Origin: Chitinophagaceae bacterium | Lineage (GTDB): Bacteria; Bacteroidota; Bacteroidia; Chitinophagales; Chitinophagaceae | Length of the DNA: 9,023 bases | Direction of reading: 5' to 3' | NCBI GenBank assembly: GCA_004322425.1 | Contig: SCVJ01000105.1 | Location: 1-9,023, forward strand | Shown here: positions 7,391-9,023 of the stretch, piece by piece | Layout of the letters: every line of letters begins with the position of its first letter | Position numbering within the stretch: position 1 is the stretch's first letter | Notes under the pieces: model-generated | Told to the model about the DNA's origin: nothing | Seen by the model: the letters and a program-made list of their open reading frames with translations, nothing else | The model's database searches: none | Made by a program: the position numbers and the translations under genes

Positions 7391-7908
7391 CAGCCCCCCG
7401 TGCGTAGACCCTGCTCGCGCTCGTCGAAGGAGACGATGAGCAGGTTGCGCTCCCCGCCGCAGAGGCCGAAGCTCTGAGGCTGCGACTCCGTGGCGAAGAG
7501 CCCACCGCTCGAACTCTTCACCGCTTGGACGAGAGCATTGTCCCGGTAGCGGCGAATTGAGACGAGCCGGTCGTTCACACGGATGAGCGCGTCGCCGGTG
7601 CCCCCCTCGACGAGACCCATGAGCTCGAGGTCTTGGAAGTGGAAGACCAGCACGACGCGCGACTGCGGCGCGTTGCCCTGCGCGAGCTGGGCGAGGGCCT
7701 CGAAGGTGCCGACCTCGACTTGGCAGGGCACGAAGATGACCGGCTTCTCCTTGCGGGCGCTGGCGCCGGAGGTGAGCTTGACCACCTCCTTGAACACGTC
7801 GTCGTATCCGCTCGTGAGCGGGCCGCCCATGTCGGGGTCGGTCGCGGTGGCAACGGTGTCGAGCTGCGCGAGCTCGGCAACGAACGGGTTGATGAGTCGG
7901 CCTCTCAT
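7390..7908 (-). CDS. Putative head-tail adaptor / head-closure-like protein (172 aa)
   Basis: I use the internal ATG at 7908..7906 of track ORF 7390..8166, giving MRGRLINPFVAELAQLDTVATATDPDMGGPLTSGYDDVFKEV...PVIFVPCQVEVG...RVVLVFHFQDL...IRVNDRLVSIRRY... The region upstream of this ATG is occupied by the Zn-ribbon ORF in another frame and by a tRNA-like gene, and translates as low-quality Arg/His/Pro-rich sequence. ATGA overlap with the upstream ORF and TGATG overlap with the downstream one indicate translational coupling. The functional call rests only on synteny and a loose resemblance to head-tail joining proteins. Confidence 0.6.
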   Translation of the reverse strand: MRGRLINPFVAELAQLDTVATATDPDMGGPLTSGYDDVFKEVVKLTSGASARKEKPVIFVPCQVEVGTFEALAQLAQGNAPQSRVVLVFHFQDLELMGLVEGGTGDALIRVNDRLVSIRRYRDNALVQAVKSSSGGLFATESQPQSFGLCGGERNLLIVSFDEREQGLRTGG

Positions 7909-8105
7909 GCTTTCTTCACCCGCGGCGGATGGTCCAACCGTATCACGAGCCAGACCATCGCCGGGCACTCGAGGCAGCGCGCGTGGAAGTGGCCGACCTT
8001 CTTCGCGCAGTCTCGGCAGCCCGGGACGAAGCCGGTGCTTATCTCGATGGGCGCGTTGCAGACGCCGCAAAGGATGGTGAGCCCCGTGAGCTTCATGCCC
8101 TTCAT
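7905..8105 (-). CDS. Small zinc-ribbon protein with three CxxC motifs (66 aa from ATG 8105)
   Basis: Track ORF 7905..8117: MKGMKLTGLTILCGVCNAPIEISTGFVPGCRDCAKKVGHFHARCLECPAMVWLVIRLDHPPRVKKA. It has predominantly G/C-ending codons. Its stop overlaps the next gene's start as ATGA (7908..7905). Possible starts are GTG 8117, ATG 8105 and ATG 8096, and none has a strong SD. It begins 9-30 nt after the last tRNA-like gene. Confidence 0.5.
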   Translation of the reverse strand: MKGMKLTGLTILCGVCNAPIEISTGFVPGCRDCAKKVGHFHARCLECPAMVWLVIRLDHPPRVKKA

Positions 8106-8125
8106 GGGACTGCACACTAACTCGG

Positions 8126-8199
8126 AGGGCCTGGCGGGGCTCGAACCCGCGGCCTGCCACCTCCACGGGGTGGACGCTCTACCTCTGAGCTACAGGCCC
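8126..8199 (-). tRNA. tRNA-like gene A (hand fold: GUG/His-like loop but C33 and a +2 nt anticodon arm)
   Basis: Minus-strand sequence: GGGCCTG TA GCTC AGAGGTA GAGC G TCCAC CCCGTGGAG GTGGC AGGCC GCGGG TTCGAGC CCCGC CAGGCCC T. It has a perfect 7-bp acceptor, a canonical D arm (A14, G18G19, A21), and a perfect T arm with a GTTCGAGCC loop. The anticodon region has 9 nt between the canonical 5-bp stem positions. Its ends (C/G) can pair to give a 6th pair and the loop CCGUGGA, which has C rather than U at position 33. CCA is not encoded. Confidence 0.75.
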
Positions 8200-8204
8200 T
8201 TGAG

Positions 8205-8280
8205 TGGGGATGGCGGGCTTTGAACCGCGCGTCTACCGGGGCTTTTGACCCCGGTGCTCTACCGGCTGAGCTACATCCCC
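8205..8280 (-). tRNA. tRNA-like gene B (hand fold: +2 nt anticodon arm and bulged T-stem; anticodon ambiguous, AAA or CAA depending on register)
   Basis: Minus-strand sequence: GGGGATG TA GCTC AGCCGGTA GAGC A CCGGG GTCAAAAGC CCCGG TAGAC GCG(C)GG TTCAAAG CCCGC CATCCCC A. The acceptor and D arm are perfect. The anticodon arm folds as a 6-bp stem CCGGGG/CCCCGG with loop UCAAAAG (C at position 33), or as a 9-nt loop with U33-CAA-AA plus 2 extra nt. The T-stem pairs as 5 bp only if one C in the 5' strand is bulged. Confidence 0.65.
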
Positions 8281-8283
8281 AGG

Positions 8284-8363
8284 CGCGCTCGGTGGGAGTT
8301 GAACCGCACGACCTCCGCGAACACCAAGATGCACGCGGTGCTCTAGCACTGAGCTACGAGCGC
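8284..8363 (-). tRNA. tRNA-like gene C (aberrant: 14 nt in place of the 7-nt anticodon loop; possibly a pseudo-tRNA or non-decoding tRNA-like RNA)
   Basis: Minus-strand sequence: GCGCTCG TA GCTC AGTGCTA GAGC A CCGCG TGCATCTTGGTGTT CGCGG AGGTC GTG(C)GG TTCAACT CCCAC CGAGCGC G. The acceptor stem and D stem are perfect. The D-loop has GC where G18G19 is expected. The T-stem needs the same bulged C as in B. The 14-nt insert can extend the stem (G.U, C-G, A-U, U.G) to a CUUG tetraloop. No register gives a canonical 5-bp stem plus 7-nt loop. Confidence 0.5.
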
Positions 8364-8368
8364 ATGAA

Positions 8369-8674
8369 CTAGCGGAGAAGGGGCAGCGACGACACGTAGC
8401 GTCGCACGACCTCCTTTCGCGCAGGCGCGCAGCCCAGCGCCATGAGGGCACCGCCCCAAGGCGGGTCGGGTTCTGTGATGCGCACGAACGCGACCCCCGC
8501 CTGCTCGAGACGAGCGGCGAGGGCGTGGAGCGCACCTTCGTCTGGGACCGTGAGCACGACGGCGTTCGTGCCGGAGCTCAGGTTGCCGGGGCTACTCTCG
8601 CCGGCTGCATGAACAATCTGCGCCGCTTGTACTCCCCTCGGGAGGTCGGCGCGGAGGATGACGTAGTGGGTCAG
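8369..8674 (-). CDS. PTH2-family peptidyl-tRNA hydrolase-like protein; start codon unresolved (non-canonical start or frameshifted/pseudogene)
   Basis: The track reports only 62 aa from GTG 8557, but the frame is open up to the TGA at 8722..8720. It translates as ...SPLTHYVILRADLPRGVQAAQIVHAAGESSPGNLSSGTNAVVLTVPDEGALHALAARLEQAGVAFVRITEPDPPWGGALMALGCAPARKEVVRRYVSSLPLLR. This parallels human PTRH2/archaeal Pth2 as I recall it ([25 protein letters not shown] ... [64 protein letters not shown]). There is no in-frame ATG/GTG/TTG upstream of the conserved N-terminal VILRADL motif; CTG 8674 is the nearest near-cognate codon. ATG 8723 is in another frame and stops after 6 codons. The stop TAG lies 5 nt before tRNA-like gene C. 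Confidence 0.7.
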   Translation of the reverse strand: MTHYVILRADLPRGVQAAQIVHAAGESSPGNLSSGTNAVVLTVPDEGALHALAARLEQAGVAFVRITEPDPPWGGALMALGCAPARKEVVRRYVSSLPLLR

Positions 8675-8730
8675 CGGTGAGGCTGTCGCCGTCTCGGCGA
8701 GGTCACTGTGGCAGGCACGTCATGAGCCCC

Positions 8731-8758
8731 ATCCTACGCACGACCTCGAAGCCGTCAA
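8731..8758 (-). promoter_or_regulatory. Possible sigma70-type promoter for the PTH2-like/tRNA cassette (-35 TTGACG, 16-nt spacer, -10 TAGGAT)
   Basis: Minus strand: TTGACG (8758..8753, overlapping the stop of ORF 8755..9015), a 16-nt spacer, then TAGGAT (8736..8731). This would place a transcription start near ATG 8723. It is a pattern match only, and consensus-like hexamers can occur by chance. Confidence 0.25.
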
Positions 8759-9015
8759 GTCGCACCGAGCGCGGGTGGCCTCATGAAGCTGGCGAGGATG
8801 TGGTCAATCTCGGGGTCGCCCGTGAGGAAGGCGCCGCGCAGGGTGCCGAGCCCTTCAAGGGTGTACGCCTGGTCCCGCGTGCGCTCCGACGTGAGACGGT
8901 TGCGGTTCATCGCGTCGTTGCGCCGGCCCACGTCCGCCATCTTGTAGAGCTCGCGCATGACGAGGAGCTTGCAGGCGTGGTTGATGAGCGGGGGGATTAC
9001 GCCCGTCGAGCTCAT
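8755..9015 (-). CDS. Hypothetical small helical protein, possibly a head-tail connector (gp6/SPP1 gp15-like position)
   Basis: Track ORF of 86 aa (MSSTGVIPPLINHACKLLVMRELYKMADVGRRNDAMNRNRLTSERTRDQAYTLEGL...). It has G/C-ending codon bias and the same strand as the structural operon. The function is suggested by position only. The start lies 8 nt from the window edge, so the true N-terminus is uncertain. Confidence 0.5.
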   Translation of the reverse strand: MSSTGVIPPLINHACKLLVMRELYKMADVGRRNDAMNRNRLTSERTRDQAYTLEGLGTLRGAFLTGDPEIDHILASFMRPPALGAT

Positions 9016-9023
9016 GCCGTCGT

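Noticed and set aside
7909-8166. Upstream extension of ORF 7390..8166 (258 aa) across the Zn-ribbon ORF and into tRNA-like gene A
   Set aside because: The extension translates as Arg/His/Pro-rich junk and overlaps a tRNA-like gene. The internal ATG 7908 gives a sensible protein and an ATGA coupling overlap with the upstream ORF.
8100-8400. tRNA cluster as a prophage integration (att) site
   Set aside because: There is no integrase in the window and no duplicated tRNA 3' fragment or direct repeat that I could find. The tRNA-like genes sit inside the structural operon rather than at a prophage boundary.
8233-8535. 100-aa minus-strand ORF spanning tRNA-like genes B and C and part of the PTH2-like gene
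   Set aside because: It overlaps two tRNA-like genes and is out of frame with the conserved PTH2-like translation. The sequence is Arg/Ser-rich with no motif.
8703-8723. Programmed +1 frameshift (RF2-like) at CAG_UGA_C linking the mini-ORF MTCLPQ* to the PTH2-like frame
   Set aside because: CAG-to-AGU re-pairing is not slippery, and there is no properly spaced internal SD-like stimulator. An indel or a non-canonical start is more parsimonious.
1-9023. CRISPR arrays, IS/transposon ends, or long direct repeats
   Set aside because: Reading both strands, I saw no spaced direct repeats or terminal inverted repeats. The only repeats seen are the protein-level sheath repeat and short low-complexity GC-rich runs.

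Overview
High-GC window (roughly two-thirds G+C by eye) that reads as the late structural operon of a myovirus-type (contractile-tail) phage or prophage, almost entirely on the minus strand. In transcription order (right to left): a small helical connector-like ORF (8755..9015); an apparent accessory cassette made of a PTH2-like peptidyl-tRNA hydrolase gene with no usable canonical start, three tightly packed tRNA-like genes with non-canonical anticodon arms, and a small 3xCxxC zinc-ribbon ORF; then a head-tail adaptor-like ORF, an HK97-gp10/Mu-G-like completion protein, an IPT/TIG-fused neck/terminator-like protein, a 126-aa orphan, the tail sheath (753 aa, with an internally repeated insertion domain), a T4-gp19/PF06841-type tail tube, and a large zinc-ribbon tail assembly chaperone with a textbook -1 programmed frameshift (C_CCU_UUA plus a 10-bp hairpin). 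A plus-strand NUMOD4/HNH homing endonuclease is wedged antisense into the operon, followed by the 5' part of the tape measure gene running off the left edge. Family assignments come from motif recognition in the translations, not from database searches. The part most worth follow-up is the PTH2-like + aberrant tRNA-like + Zn-ribbon cassette inside the connector module. My tRNA folds were done by hand and need software confirmation.
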